From the IMG/VR virus record IMGVR_UViG_3300046092_000062, positions 124,001 to 188,000 of that record: DNA of 64,000 nucleotides. One strand, 5' to 3'. Position numbers and translations under genes: made by a program. Positions 46,376 to 55,607 of this stretch are shown here, piece by piece. Within the stretch, counting starts at the first letter, position 1, and each line of letters opens with the position of its first letter. The notes beneath the pieces are model-generated. The model saw nothing but the letters and a program-made list of their open reading frames with translations, was not told the origin of the DNA and did no database searches.

Positions 46376-46702
46376 ATGAGCCTACTGTATCTCCGCGCAA
46401 GACCTATTGTGGCTTTTGATGCAACCAATGCAGAGCATCGACGCTATTACAGAAAGTTCATCGAAACGCAATCGTGGGGCCATTGCCCTGTGCGTTTTAT
46501 GGTAGAAAGTTTGAACACGGATTTATTGGCTTATATCAATGCTACAATGTTAGCTTGGTACATTGAGCAAGAGTTTAAAAATGACAAAGCAGCGACAAAG
46601 AAAAACACGAAACCCAGATCCAAGAGCACATCTGGTACTGTTTCATCAAGACAGTCCATTTCGACAAAAAGTAGTCGAGTCAAAGAAAAAGTTTCAGCGT
46701 AA
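46376..46702 (+). CDS. hypothetical protein
   Basis: RP.VAFDA.N.EHR, WGHCP.RF. Confidence 0.65.
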   Translation: MSLLYLRARPIVAFDATNAEHRRYYRKFIETQSWGHCPVRFMVESLNTDLLAYINATMLAWYIEQEFKNDKAATKKNTKPRSKSTSGTVSSRQSISTKSSRVKEKVSA

Positions 46703-46728
46703 ACCCAAACATCGTAACCAAGGAGAAA

Positions 46729-46887
46729 ATGATGTCTAACCAAGCCGAGCGTTTTGCCAATGAGGCAGTGTTTCAACTTCAATTCAACAGCCGTGATGCT
46801 GTGCGCTATATCCAGCGCAACGCACAGGTTGATGAGAAAACAGCGCAAACCGCGTTGAAGGCAGCAGTAACTTTCCACAAGCATTGA
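46729..46887 (+). CDS. small hypothetical protein (52 aa)
   Basis: AGGAG RBS; MMSNQAERFANEAVFQL. Confidence 0.55.
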   Translation: MMSNQAERFANEAVFQLQFNSRDAVRYIQRNAQVDEKTAQTALKAAVTFHKH

Positions 46888-47120
46888 AACTCTTTGCTTT
46901 GATCTTAGTCGCTGCATTGGCAGGTTGTGCTAGCCAGCACCGCCCTCCATATAGTGCAGTGACTAACTTTAACCCAGACTGTGCAAACAGGGATGCCAGG
47001 ATCAGGATGCTGACTAAATGGAAACGTTTTCCGCTTGGTCCAGACAGCACTGTTTCACAGTCTGAGTATGATCAAACCATTGATGTTCAGATTGAACGCT
47101 TAAAACACTACTGCCAATGA
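46884..47120 (+). CDS. lipoprotein
   Basis: LAGC lipobox. Confidence 0.7.
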   Translation: MKLFALILVAALAGCASQHRPPYSAVTNFNPDCANRDARIRMLTKWKRFPLGPDSTVSQSEYDQTIDVQIERLKHYCQ

Positions 47121-47566
47121 GACTCGTACTTGCAATCAGTTTACTTGCCCTAGCCGGGTGTAGCACAACTACTACCAGCAAGATGGATGTGGTTGATTTG
47201 AATCGCTTTCAAATTGATTGCAAGTACCGAGACGAACAAATTGCATTTCTGCAAGGTCAGATACCCACTGTAAATGACCGTTGGAGAAACGCATTAAGAA
47301 TAACCAGCCCTGTGGCGTCTGCGGTGTCAATAGCAGATGGTACGTACTACGAAGAACGTGCCATGTTTGATCGCAGACAAGAACACATTGCTAAGAATTT
47401 GATCAGGACAATCCATGATTGGTGTCCTGCTCCAGTAGCCCGTCCACAAGGGTGCGTGACAGTAACTGAGCAGTTGCCTTCGGGTAACGGCCAAGGTACA
47501 AAATGCTATCGTGGAAATAACCCCAAGCCAGTTGTCAACCGTTGGGAAGCCATTGTTGACCGGTAA
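47117..47566 (+). CDS. lipoprotein
   Basis: LAGC lipobox. Confidence 0.75.
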   Translation: MRLVLAISLLALAGCSTTTTSKMDVVDLNRFQIDCKYRDEQIAFLQGQIPTVNDRWRNALRITSPVASAVSIADGTYYEERAMFDRRQEHIAKNLIRTIHDWCPAPVARPQGCVTVTEQLPSGNGQGTKCYRGNNPKPVVNRWEAIVDR

Positions 47567-47613
47567 TGGGATCTATGTTAAACTGTGTTATCGAAACAAA
47601 CAAGAGGTGTGAA

Positions 47614-48195
47614 ATGAAACGTATTTTATCAATTGCCGCAATCGCCCTGATCATGACAGGCTGTAGCTCAACCCGTGACCCGTACGAGCGCCGTGCAGAA
47701 GAAGTGCGTGAACGTCAAGAACGTGTGGTTAAGCAAACCATTAACGAAGCTCCTGAGTGGATGACTAAGTTGCCTAAGAGCACCGATGCAGTATATGCGT
47801 CTGGTACTGCAATTTCGGGGGACTTTAACATGGCCAAGGACATTGCGGAAACCAACGCATTCCGACAAATTTGTATGGCAGCAGGTGGTACAGTGCGCAG
47901 CCAGACTAAGGTGTTCCGAGTGGACACCGAAAGCACTAGCAACGCAATTAACACCACAGCCATTAAAAGCATGTGCCCGGACGTTGATGTAACTGGTACT
48001 GAAATCCGAGAGATTAAGGTGATTGAAAGCCAGGGCCGTTTCCGAGCTTATGTGTTGGTTGCACTCCCAATGGGCGAAGCTAACGTAATTGCCCGTACTA
48101 AGGAACGAGATCGTGCAGCACGTGGTGCAATGGCCCGAGCAGAGCGAGAGTTCAAAGAGCTTGATGCAACAGTATCTACAGTAAAGAAAGAATAA
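47614..48195 (+). CDS. LPP20-like lipoprotein
   Basis: MTGC lipobox; PEWM, YASGTA, AYVLV. Confidence 0.75.
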   Translation: MKRILSIAAIALIMTGCSSTRDPYERRAEEVRERQERVVKQTINEAPEWMTKLPKSTDAVYASGTAISGDFNMAKDIAETNAFRQICMAAGGTVRSQTKVFRVDTESTSNAINTTAIKSMCPDVDVTGTEIREIKVIESQGRFRAYVLVALPMGEANVIARTKERDRAARGAMARAEREFKELDATVSTVKKE

Positions 48196-48210
48196 ACGCT
48201 GTAGATTACG

Positions 48211-48252
48211 AGCCCCTGGGCGGTAGTTAAATACCGTAACCAGGGGCTTTTC
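48211..48252 (+). terminator. terminator hairpin with TAAATA late promoter in its loop
   Basis: AGCCCCTGG...CCAGGGGCT TTT. Confidence 0.7.
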
Positions 48253-48253
48253 T

Positions 48254-48748
48254 ATGGCAAGACCGAACCCGATACGCAGCATTATGGCAGTACCACTGCC
48301 CAGCATAACGTACCAACGTAGAAAGCAGTTTCGTCCAAATGAAATGGACGTTCTATACGCATATAACATTATCAATCGTTATGTGTTTGATGGAGTACTA
48401 ACCCGCCCTCAAATCACACTTGGCGGAATACGCAAATGCTGGGGCCTGTGTAGTTGGTTAACTAAAGAGCAGCACAACGGCAGCTGGTGCGATATTAGAC
48501 TAGTCCCGAACTGGTTTTGTCAACAATGGTTCATGAACACTATTGCACACGAAATGGTACATCAGTATCAATGGGATGTGTACCGTTGGGAACTAGCAGA
48601 AGACGGTCGCCAAATTTACATGAACAGTGGCGCACATGGTCCTAGCTTCTATATGTTCCGTGATCGCTTTGAGCATTACGGCTTAAACTTAAAAATCTCT
48701 TTTGGACAAAAGCGTTGGTTTAAACACCAAAATTTTAGCAAATGTTAA
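48254..48748 (+). CDS. SprT-like zinc metalloprotease
   Basis: HEMVH, HG..F. Confidence 0.85.
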   Translation: MARPNPIRSIMAVPLPSITYQRRKQFRPNEMDVLYAYNIINRYVFDGVLTRPQITLGGIRKCWGLCSWLTKEQHNGSWCDIRLVPNWFCQQWFMNTIAHEMVHQYQWDVYRWELAEDGRQIYMNSGAHGPSFYMFRDRFEHYGLNLKISFGQKRWFKHQNFSKC

Positions 48749-48796
48749 GGTAATCCTGTTATAATAGTTGCTCAACAACTAACTAACAGGAATCTA

Positions 48797-49420
48797 ATGC
48801 CTAACTTTGTACCTACCGTACTCGAAAAAACTGCCAACGGCGAACGTGCTTACGACATCTATAGTCGTTTGCTTAAAGATCGTATTGTCATGTTGGACAC
48901 GGATGTTAGCGAGCATTCCGCTAGTCTCGTTATTGCACAAATGCTCTTTTTAGAAAGTGAAGATCCCAATGCAGACATCCTCTTTTACATCAACTCACCC
49001 GGCGGTCTCGTCACTGCTGGCCTGGCAATCTATGATACTATGCAGTTCATTAAGCCTGATGTTTCTACCATTGTACTTGGCCAAGCCTGCTCTATGGGAA
49101 GTTTCCTTGCCAACGCAGGAGCCCCGGGCAAACGACTAGTATTGCCAGAATCACGTACAATGATTCACCGTGTTAGCTCGGGCACTCCTAGCACACGTGG
49201 TAGCGTACACGTTCAAGAACTGCAATTTGAAGATGCTAAACGCAGCTTTGAAGAAAGCCAACGCTTGAATCAACGCCTTACTGAGCTGTACATCCGTCAC
49301 AACACTGCGGGCAAAACATACGACGAAATGTTTGCTACTATGAAGTTTGACACATTCCTGTCTGCACAAGAAGCAGTGGAAATGGGTCTTGCTGATGAAG
49401 TGATCTCTAAACGTCCATAA
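48797..49420 (+). CDS. clpP: ATP-dependent Clp protease proteolytic subunit
   Basis: DIYSRLLKDRI, YINSPGG, GQACSMG, MIH, D.FLSA.EA...GL.D. Confidence 0.96.
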   Translation: MPNFVPTVLEKTANGERAYDIYSRLLKDRIVMLDTDVSEHSASLVIAQMLFLESEDPNADILFYINSPGGLVTAGLAIYDTMQFIKPDVSTIVLGQACSMGSFLANAGAPGKRLVLPESRTMIHRVSSGTPSTRGSVHVQELQFEDAKRSFEESQRLNQRLTELYIRHNTAGKTYDEMFATMKFDTFLSAQEAVEMGLADEVISKRP

Positions 49421-49731
49421 TGGCCGTATTCAACGTTACTCCCAACATACTCGGGTGGGCTCGCGAGTATGATCCTTTTTTCCGCGGCTCTATCAGCAGT
49501 GCATTGGCTCAAATCGAAGACTGGCTAGAGGAGAATGTTGGGGAGTACTGTGGCCCCGGTAATGACGGCTTTAACGACAATGTTATTTCCATTGGCTATG
49601 GGTGGGAAGTATTCTCCCTGTACAACGGAAAGCCCGAACGTCCCGATCATATGGACGCAGAAGTAACATGGCACGTTGACATTAGCGATGAACACAAAGC
49701 CGTATTATTCGCATTGAAATGGACAAAGTGA
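49420..49731 (+). CDS. hypothetical protein
   Basis: WLEENVG...DEHKAVLFALKW. Confidence 0.65.
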   Translation: MAVFNVTPNILGWAREYDPFFRGSISSALAQIEDWLEENVGEYCGPGNDGFNDNVISIGYGWEVFSLYNGKPERPDHMDAEVTWHVDISDEHKAVLFALKWTK

Positions 49732-49802
49732 CTCAGTAGAAACCATGAGATAATGTTGCATTTCAGTATAAATACTAGTACACTCACTAGAAGGAAACTG
49801 AA

Positions 49803-49955
49803 ATGCAATTATTACAATGGATCAAAAGTCTATTTGCTGCACCATCTTACCAAGATGAACTAGACAGCTATGTCACAAGCAAGCACCCAACTACCACTAC
49901 AGAAGTCGAGCACTGGATTCGCCAGTACGACTCACGCAAGGGGTGGTCACTATGA
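49803..49955 (+). CDS. DUF3563-like small protein (50 aa)
   Basis: MQLLQWIKSLF..SYQDELDSYV.S.....EVEHWIRQYD; TATAAATA at 49767. Confidence 0.6.
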   Translation: MQLLQWIKSLFAAPSYQDELDSYVTSKHPTTTTEVEHWIRQYDSRKGWSL

Positions 49956-50041
49956 AACTGTTAAATACAATATGGGAGTTCTTAGAGCAGTGGGGCGAGT
50001 ATCGCTACCAGCTATCAAAGAAACACGGCTTCCGCTATTAA
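49952..50041 (+). CDS. 29-aa amphipathic peptide
   Basis: ATGA overlap; MKLLNTIWEFLEQWGEYRYQLSKKHGFRY. Confidence 0.5.
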   Translation: MKLLNTIWEFLEQWGEYRYQLSKKHGFRY

Positions 50042-50042
50042 C

Positions 50043-50606
50043 ATGATCACTTACCGAATTCTATCTGCGCCTGAGTTACCAAAATACGCTATGTTTCTAA
50101 AACAGCGTAATTCCGATTCCCTTAACCTTTATTTCGGACACGCTATGCGCCACGAAATGATTGATCATTTAATGGACGGAATGATTGCAGATGCACACTT
50201 GCACAATATTGTGGTAGCAGAAGATATTGATCAAGAAATTGTGGGCACTGTGCATATTGCACGTATGAGCGACCACGAAGTAGAGTTTGGTGTAATGGTA
50301 GCAGAAGCATATCGCAGCAAGGGCATTGCTAGTGGTATGATGGATTATGCTATGACATGGGCACAAAATAGAGGTTTTAGAGACCTTTACATGCACTGTT
50401 TGAGCTATAATGCACCCATCAAGCACCTTGTTACCAAGCACGGACTCGCTATCAGCAGAGACGGAATCGAAAGCGATGCCCGTGTTACTATGCCTCCTAC
50501 TAACATCTTTAGTATTGGGCACGAAATTGCCCTGCGCCAACAGAACGCAGTTAACACAACTCTTAACCACACAATTCAAAGTTTTCGTCGAGCGCTAGCG
50601 TTATAA
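50043..50606 (+). CDS. GNAT acetyltransferase
   Basis: EFGVMVAEAYRSKGIAS (motif A), CLSYN. Confidence 0.88.
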   Translation: MITYRILSAPELPKYAMFLKQRNSDSLNLYFGHAMRHEMIDHLMDGMIADAHLHNIVVAEDIDQEIVGTVHIARMSDHEVEFGVMVAEAYRSKGIASGMMDYAMTWAQNRGFRDLYMHCLSYNAPIKHLVTKHGLAISRDGIESDARVTMPPTNIFSIGHEIALRQQNAVNTTLNHTIQSFRRALAL

Positions 50607-50616
50607 ATACGTTACC

Positions 50617-51534
50617 GTGAAAACATTTGAATTAAACAACTCTTACTCAGATCGCCCTGTTGTCTATGTAGATATGGACGGTGTCCTTGCGGACATGTTC
50701 GGCGAAGCTGCCCGTCGTGAAGGTGCAACGCATTGGCGTAGAGCACGTAAAGAAAAAGACTGCATTGATCAAGTCGCACAAGAACCTGGATTCTTCGCTG
50801 AATTGCCAGCATTACCACAAGCAGGTAAACTGCTACATGGTGTGCTGAAATTAGCCGGTGAGTACAGTATCTTATCTGCTCCGCTAATGAGCGATGTGGA
50901 ACAAAGCAGTAGAGAAAAAGCTGACTGGATTGATCGCAAGCTATCTAGAATCCCTCCCGAAAGCATTATCTTTGATCACCAAAAGGAAAAGTTTGCTAGA
51001 CAAGCAGATGGTACTCCTAACATCTTAATTGATGATTGGGATAGCAATATCAAGCTATGGGAAGCCAATGGCGGCATTGGTATCTTGTACAAAGATGGCG
51101 AGTGTGAGCGGGCTTTAAAGAAACTGCACTATGCACTAGAGGGCTTGATCCCTGCTAGTGAAGTAGAAGACGAAGATGTTGACCTAAGCGTAGAAAACAA
51201 ACTCTACACCAATCAGCAGGTGCTCAAGTATGTTAAAGGCATACATAATGAATATCATTTAGAAAAGCCAATTCTGCGACACAAGGTGTGGGTGCTTAAA
51301 GAAGTCCCACTAAGTGAGTTGCAGACTCCAGAGTTCTACGATCAAGACGATCCTTACCGCAGAGTAATCGACTTGGACTGGGACCACATCAACAATGTTA
51401 CAACCCGTGATATTTTAAAGAAGCCCGTAGTTGCAGACAGCAACGGGTGGTTACTAGATGGCAACCATAGGGTTACAGCCGCTAGAGCCAAGGGCTTGCA
51501 AAGCATCCGAGCATTAGTTCCGTACCAAGATTAA
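50617..51534 (+). CDS. HAD 5'(3')-nucleotidase fused to a ParB/Srx-like domain
   Basis: DMDGVLAD, LIDD (HAD); LDGNHRV.A (ParB-like); acidic linker. Confidence 0.85.
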   Translation: MKTFELNNSYSDRPVVYVDMDGVLADMFGEAARREGATHWRRARKEKDCIDQVAQEPGFFAELPALPQAGKLLHGVLKLAGEYSILSAPLMSDVEQSSREKADWIDRKLSRIPPESIIFDHQKEKFARQADGTPNILIDDWDSNIKLWEANGGIGILYKDGECERALKKLHYALEGLIPASEVEDEDVDLSVENKLYTNQQVLKYVKGIHNEYHLEKPILRHKVWVLKEVPLSELQTPEFYDQDDPYRRVIDLDWDHINNVTTRDILKKPVVADSNGWLLDGNHRVTAARAKGLQSIRALVPYQD

Positions 51535-51567
51535 TAGTGCGTATAAATACCTAATACAGGTATTTTT

Positions 51568-54027
51568 ATGCGCTATAAACAAATCAAAACATTAACAGAA
51601 CAAACATTATTTGAAGTCAATATGAGCCCAGGCAGCTTGCGTAAACTCGCAAGTCAGATCAATGCCAAGGCTGGTATGGAATTTGAAATGATTGTTCCTA
51701 ACGTCAAAATTGATGGTGAAGAAGATTTTGAATCGGAACCCGACTACGAACATGACCCACGCACACGCAGCATCAGCGACATTCGTGATTTCTTCCACGA
51801 TGGTGATCATAACGGACGCCGTGCAGTTGATGAGCTAGTAGAAGAATTAGAACAAGAATTCTACGAGTGGCGCCAAACGAAAATTGACGAAGAATGGGCC
51901 AGTGACGGTTACGAGTTCTTTTCCCAATGGGTTAGAGAAAACGTCAGCGACGATGAATGGCTAACCGGCGATGATGAAGACGACGAAAATGAAGCGTTTT
52001 CCAAATATATAGATCGCGAATGGGAATCACAAGACCGTGCTTACACAGAAGCATACAATGAATTTGTTTCTGACCACGAAGACGATTGGGATAGCGGCGA
52101 TTGGTTGAATGCAGTTGATTATGACTACATGACCGACATTGCCAACAACTTTGATATCAGCTGGCCTTATTGGACAGAATATCAAGGGGACGATGATAAC
52201 ATGGATGTAGAGAAGGTTGCTGATGATTTTAGCAACGCAATCGGTCGTCCAGTTAATCACAGTACCAGCTACCATGGCGCACGCCGAGAAGAAGGCACAT
52301 ACGTAGTCGAACCCGATGGCAGCTTAGAAGGTGACGATAGCGATGATGGTGGTTTAGAATTTGTTAGCCCACCATTGCCTATTGCAGAATTGCTAAGTGA
52401 CTTGCAGAAAGTTAAACGTTGGGCCAAGCGTAGAGGTTGCTATACAGGTAGCGATTACGGCACAGGCCTGCACATTAACGTATCAGTTGATGGTTGGAAA
52501 GGGCTTGAGAGTTTAGACTACGTTAAGCTAGCAATCTTACTTGGCGACGAGTACGTGCTAAAGCAATTTGAACGACAAAGCAATACCTATTGCAAGAGTG
52601 CGTTGGGACTAGTTAAAAACGCAATCAAGCAGAATCCTCTAAGTGCCAAAGAGCTGCTAGAGAAGATGAAGAACCACATGAACACTGCGGCCAGCAAGTT
52701 GATCCACAGTGGTATCACCAACAAGTTTACTAGTATCAACACCAAAGACGGTTACGTAGAGTTCCGCAGTCCGGGCGGTGATTGGTTAGATGAATTTGAA
52801 GACAAAATTGAACCTACGCTACTACGCTTTGTGGTTGCATTGGATGCAGCAGTACACGAAGACAAGTACAAACAAGAATACCAAAAGAAGTTGTATAAAC
52901 TACTAGAGCCAAGCATGGACGAATATGGTGCAATGGTTAAAGACTTCAGTGACTACGTAAGTGGTGTCGGTGGTGCTCCTGAACAAGTTGTTAAAGACTT
53001 TAGACGTGCAGCATTGTCTAAACTGCAACAAAGTAACGTAGGCAAGAAGTCACAGCGCAATGAAGGCAACTGGGGCTTGTGGGCAAAAGTTCCTAACAGA
53101 TTCGCCGCATTGAGTACAGACAAGGACAGTGCGTTACGTAGATTTAAATCTAAAGAGGACGGTGAGGCATGGATGGCTAGTCATGGGCTAAAGCCAGAAC
53201 GTTTTGACGTTTTAGAAATCCCAGCTGATTATGTACCCTCTGAGCGAAATGTCAATACGTTCCAAGAGCCAACTGCTAACCGCGGCGACTTAGTTCCACG
53301 TGGTCCGGGTCCATGGGAAATTTACAGAATAAGCGATGGTAGCAGTGTAAGAGCATTAGATCAAACTAACCGCAACGGAGCTGAAACCGAAGCGAGAACT
53401 GCATTAGGGTTGCGTGCCGAAGCTCCTGAGTTATACGGAGTACGTACTCGCCAATCAGCACAACAGCCAAATTGGGAAATTCGAAACGCAAGTACCAATG
53501 GTTTAGTGGATCAGTTTTATGCACCCGACCAGAATACGGCCATTGGCATACAGTTTGATTACTTACAAGATCAAGGACTAGATTCAAATGATTACGTGCT
53601 TCAAGCTATCGAGCAACCTAGTGCAGCACAAGTAGCACAACAGTCGCACAATGCTCATCAAGCAGCAAACATGCAAGAGTGGACTATCTTAAATGGCCAG
53701 GGCGCAGTGATGGGCAGAGTGCAAGCTGCCACACAAGGTGAGGCTAATCAACGTGCAGCCGGATTCCTTGGCAGACACCATCCCAACATGATGGGGCAAG
53801 AAGTTGAGGTAGTACCGACCGCGGCGCACAATGCTAGACAACAAAGTCAAGCACAGCCTCAGCGATTTGAAATCTACAAACGAAGCACAGGTCAACCTGC
53901 TGTTGAATTAACTAGCACTAATCAACAAGATGCATGGCTCGAAGCACAAGAGATGTTTAGAACTCGTTATGCCGCTTACGACCCAGCTGAATATAGCGTT
54001 AGAGCTGTAACTCCATCTATCCCGTAA
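51568..54027 (+). CDS. putative amidoligase (COOH-NH2 ligase type 2) with C-terminal repeats
   Basis: GMEFE, EPDGSL, LEFVSPP, TGLHINVS, VEFRSPGG. Confidence 0.8.
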   Translation: MRYKQIKTLTEQTLFEVNMSPGSLRKLASQINAKAGMEFEMIVPNVKIDGEEDFESEPDYEHDPRTRSISDIRDFFHDGDHNGRRAVDELVEELEQEFYEWRQTKIDEEWASDGYEFFSQWVRENVSDDEWLTGDDEDDENEAFSKYIDREWESQDRAYTEAYNEFVSDHEDDWDSGDWLNAVDYDYMTDIANNFDISWPYWTEYQGDDDNMDVEKVADDFSNAIGRPVNHSTSYHGARREEGTYVVEPDGSLEGDDSDDGGLEFVSPPLPIAELLSDLQKVKRWAKRRGCYTGSDYGTGLHINVSVDGWKGLESLDYVKLAILLGDEYVLKQFERQSNTYCKSALGLVKNAIKQNPLSAKELLEKMKNHMNTAASKLIHSGITNKFTSINTKDGYVEFRSPGGDWLDEFEDKIEPTLLRFVVALDAAVHEDKYKQEYQKKLYKLLEPSMDEYGAMVKDFSDYVSGVGGAPEQVVKDFRRAALSKLQQSNVGKKSQRNEGNWGLWAKVPNRFAALSTDKDSALRRFKSKEDGEAWMASHGLKPERFDVLEIPADYVPSERNVNTFQEPTANRGDLVPRGPGPWEIYRISDGSSVRALDQTNRNGAETEARTALGLRAEAPELYGVRTRQSAQQPNWEIRNASTNGLVDQFYAPDQNTAIGIQFDYLQDQGLDSNDYVLQAIEQPSAAQVAQQSHNAHQAANMQEWTILNGQGAVMGRVQAATQGEANQRAAGFLGRHHPNMMGQEVEVVPTAAHNARQQSQAQPQRFEIYKRSTGQPAVELTSTNQQDAWLEAQEMFRTRYAAYDPAEYSVRAVTPSIP

Positions 54028-54033
54028 GACTAC

Positions 54034-54057
54034 AAACCCGCTTCGGCGGGTTTCTCT
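54034..54057 (+). terminator. intrinsic terminator
   Basis: AAACCCGC-TTCG-GCGGGTTT. Confidence 0.85.
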
Positions 54058-54091
54058 TGACCAAAAACTATTTTGGGCGTATAATATCTAT

Positions 54092-54322
54092 ATGAAAAAA
54101 TTAAACGTCAACGATATCATGCAGTGGACTGGTACACTCTGCTTCATGGCCATGTACACTTTGATGTCAATGAACATCTACCCATGGAACATTGTAGCAG
54201 GACTTAGCGGTAGTACTTGCTACTTAATATGGTGTCTGCGTGTTGTAAATAAGCCACAGATGGTTGTTAACGCAGTGGGCATCATTGTGTGCCTAGTTGG
54301 TCTAGTTAAGGCTTTTGGTTGA
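54092..54322 (+). CDS. small 3-TM membrane protein
   Basis: Hydrophobic; YPWN, VVN; promoter 54057-54085. Confidence 0.7.
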   Translation: MKKLNVNDIMQWTGTLCFMAMYTLMSMNIYPWNIVAGLSGSTCYLIWCLRVVNKPQMVVNAVGIIVCLVGLVKAFG

Positions 54323-54377
54323 CCCGAAATGGATTTCTTGCTATAATAATGGCATAGTAAGTAAAAAGGAGTTAGCA

Positions 54378-54803
54378 ATGAAAAACTGGACCGATTCGTG
54401 CATTAACTGGCATCAACTCTCTGGTACCGAAGTCAAGCGTTTGCTTGATACTTGGGGCATGACTGAGCGTCAAATTGCTAACTACGATGTCAAGCATGGG
54501 TATGCAACTGCACCCAAAGCAGAACCAGCTACTAAGAAAGTAGTAGAAAAGGCTCCTGCTAAAAAGACAGCAGAGGCCAAGCCCGCAGCAAAGGCGCCGG
54601 CTAAAACTCCTGCTAAGAAAACTGCTACAAAAGTAGTACAAAAAGCTGCCACCCGTCAAAAGCACACCGGTGCAGATGGCGAAATCAAGTTCCTGGATCA
54701 CCGTGATCTCTATGTGGGATTTTGGGGCGGGCGTGTTGTAGTTACCAAGCGTACCGAAGCTCAGTGCCGTGCGTACTTGACTGCGAACCACGGCACAGAA
54801 TAA
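54378..54803 (+). CDS. early protein with K/A/P-rich linker
   Basis: Promoter 54319-54347; AAGGAG RBS. Confidence 0.7.
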   Translation: MKNWTDSCINWHQLSGTEVKRLLDTWGMTERQIANYDVKHGYATAPKAEPATKKVVEKAPAKKTAEAKPAAKAPAKTPAKKTATKVVQKAATRQKHTGADGEIKFLDHRDLYVGFWGGRVVVTKRTEAQCRAYLTANHGTE

Positions 54804-54866
54804 ATGGTTGACCCGAAATGAATTTTCGGGTATAATAGCTACATAGCAAACAAAACAGGAGTTAGC

Positions 54867-55193
54867 ATGTTAACGATGTCACTTGAAACTAAAGAATCGA
54901 ATAACAAGTTTTTCGCATTGCAAGATCGTCGTATGCGCAATCATGCAAACAAAACCCTGTATACGACAGCCCAGCAAATTCGCTTGGACCGCATTAAGCT
55001 CGCACTCGAGATGGTGCTCCACGGTACTGTTTACGAGCCATCGTATGGTAAGAAAAGTGCCAGTGTTAAAGTGCAAGACGGTGCCCTAATTGCAGATCGC
55101 AAAACACTGCGATTGCTTGAAGAAGACTGGTCAAAGGAAGGCATCTTTAAGAAAGTGTCTGCCCAAGGCTTTCAATACCACGTGCCACGCTAA
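54867..55193 (+). CDS. hypothetical early protein
   Basis: Promoter 54808-54836; AGGAG RBS. Confidence 0.7.
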   Translation: MLTMSLETKESNNKFFALQDRRMRNHANKTLYTTAQQIRLDRIKLALEMVLHGTVYEPSYGKKSASVKVQDGALIADRKTLRLLEEDWSKEGIFKKVSAQGFQYHVPR

Positions 55194-55258
55194 TTTCGGT
55201 TGACCCGAAATGGTTTTGGTTGTATAATATACACATAGTAAGAAACAAAGGAACTGAA

Positions 55259-55534
55259 ATGCAAGCTGTTGAAATCGCCCGTGCAATTATTGCTAGCAAC
55301 TACACTAACGACGAACTGAATAACATCAGTGATGCAATCCGTTTTGTACGTGCGCAAATGATTCACAAGAATACAGGCAGCTTGGTTATCGGTACCAAGG
55401 TTAAGTTTACACATCCTAAAACCCGTGCAGTGCATTACGGTGTGGTTAAGAAAGTTAAGATCAAGAACGTGACTGTTCTGGAAAACGGTACACTGAACTG
55501 GAACGTTCCGGCTAACATGCTGGAGGCAGCATAA
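55259..55534 (+). CDS. hypothetical early protein (SH3-like C-terminus)
   Basis: Promoter 55200-55228; W.VPA.ML. Confidence 0.7.
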   Translation: MQAVEIARAIIASNYTNDELNNISDAIRFVRAQMIHKNTGSLVIGTKVKFTHPKTRAVHYGVVKKVKIKNVTVLENGTLNWNVPANMLEAA

Positions 55535-55607
55535 TGCTTGAAAAGGTAAGTGCGTTCTTGCTTGGTGTGTTTATTGGTATGAACATTATTGTTTGGGGGT
55601 TTATGGT

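Noticed and set aside
49754-49768. Second PhaR-like box TGTTGCATTTCAGTA before the DUF3563-like gene
   Set aside because: Two mismatches to the consensus, and the sequence is fully explained as the 5' arm of a 12-bp start-codon-masking hairpin.
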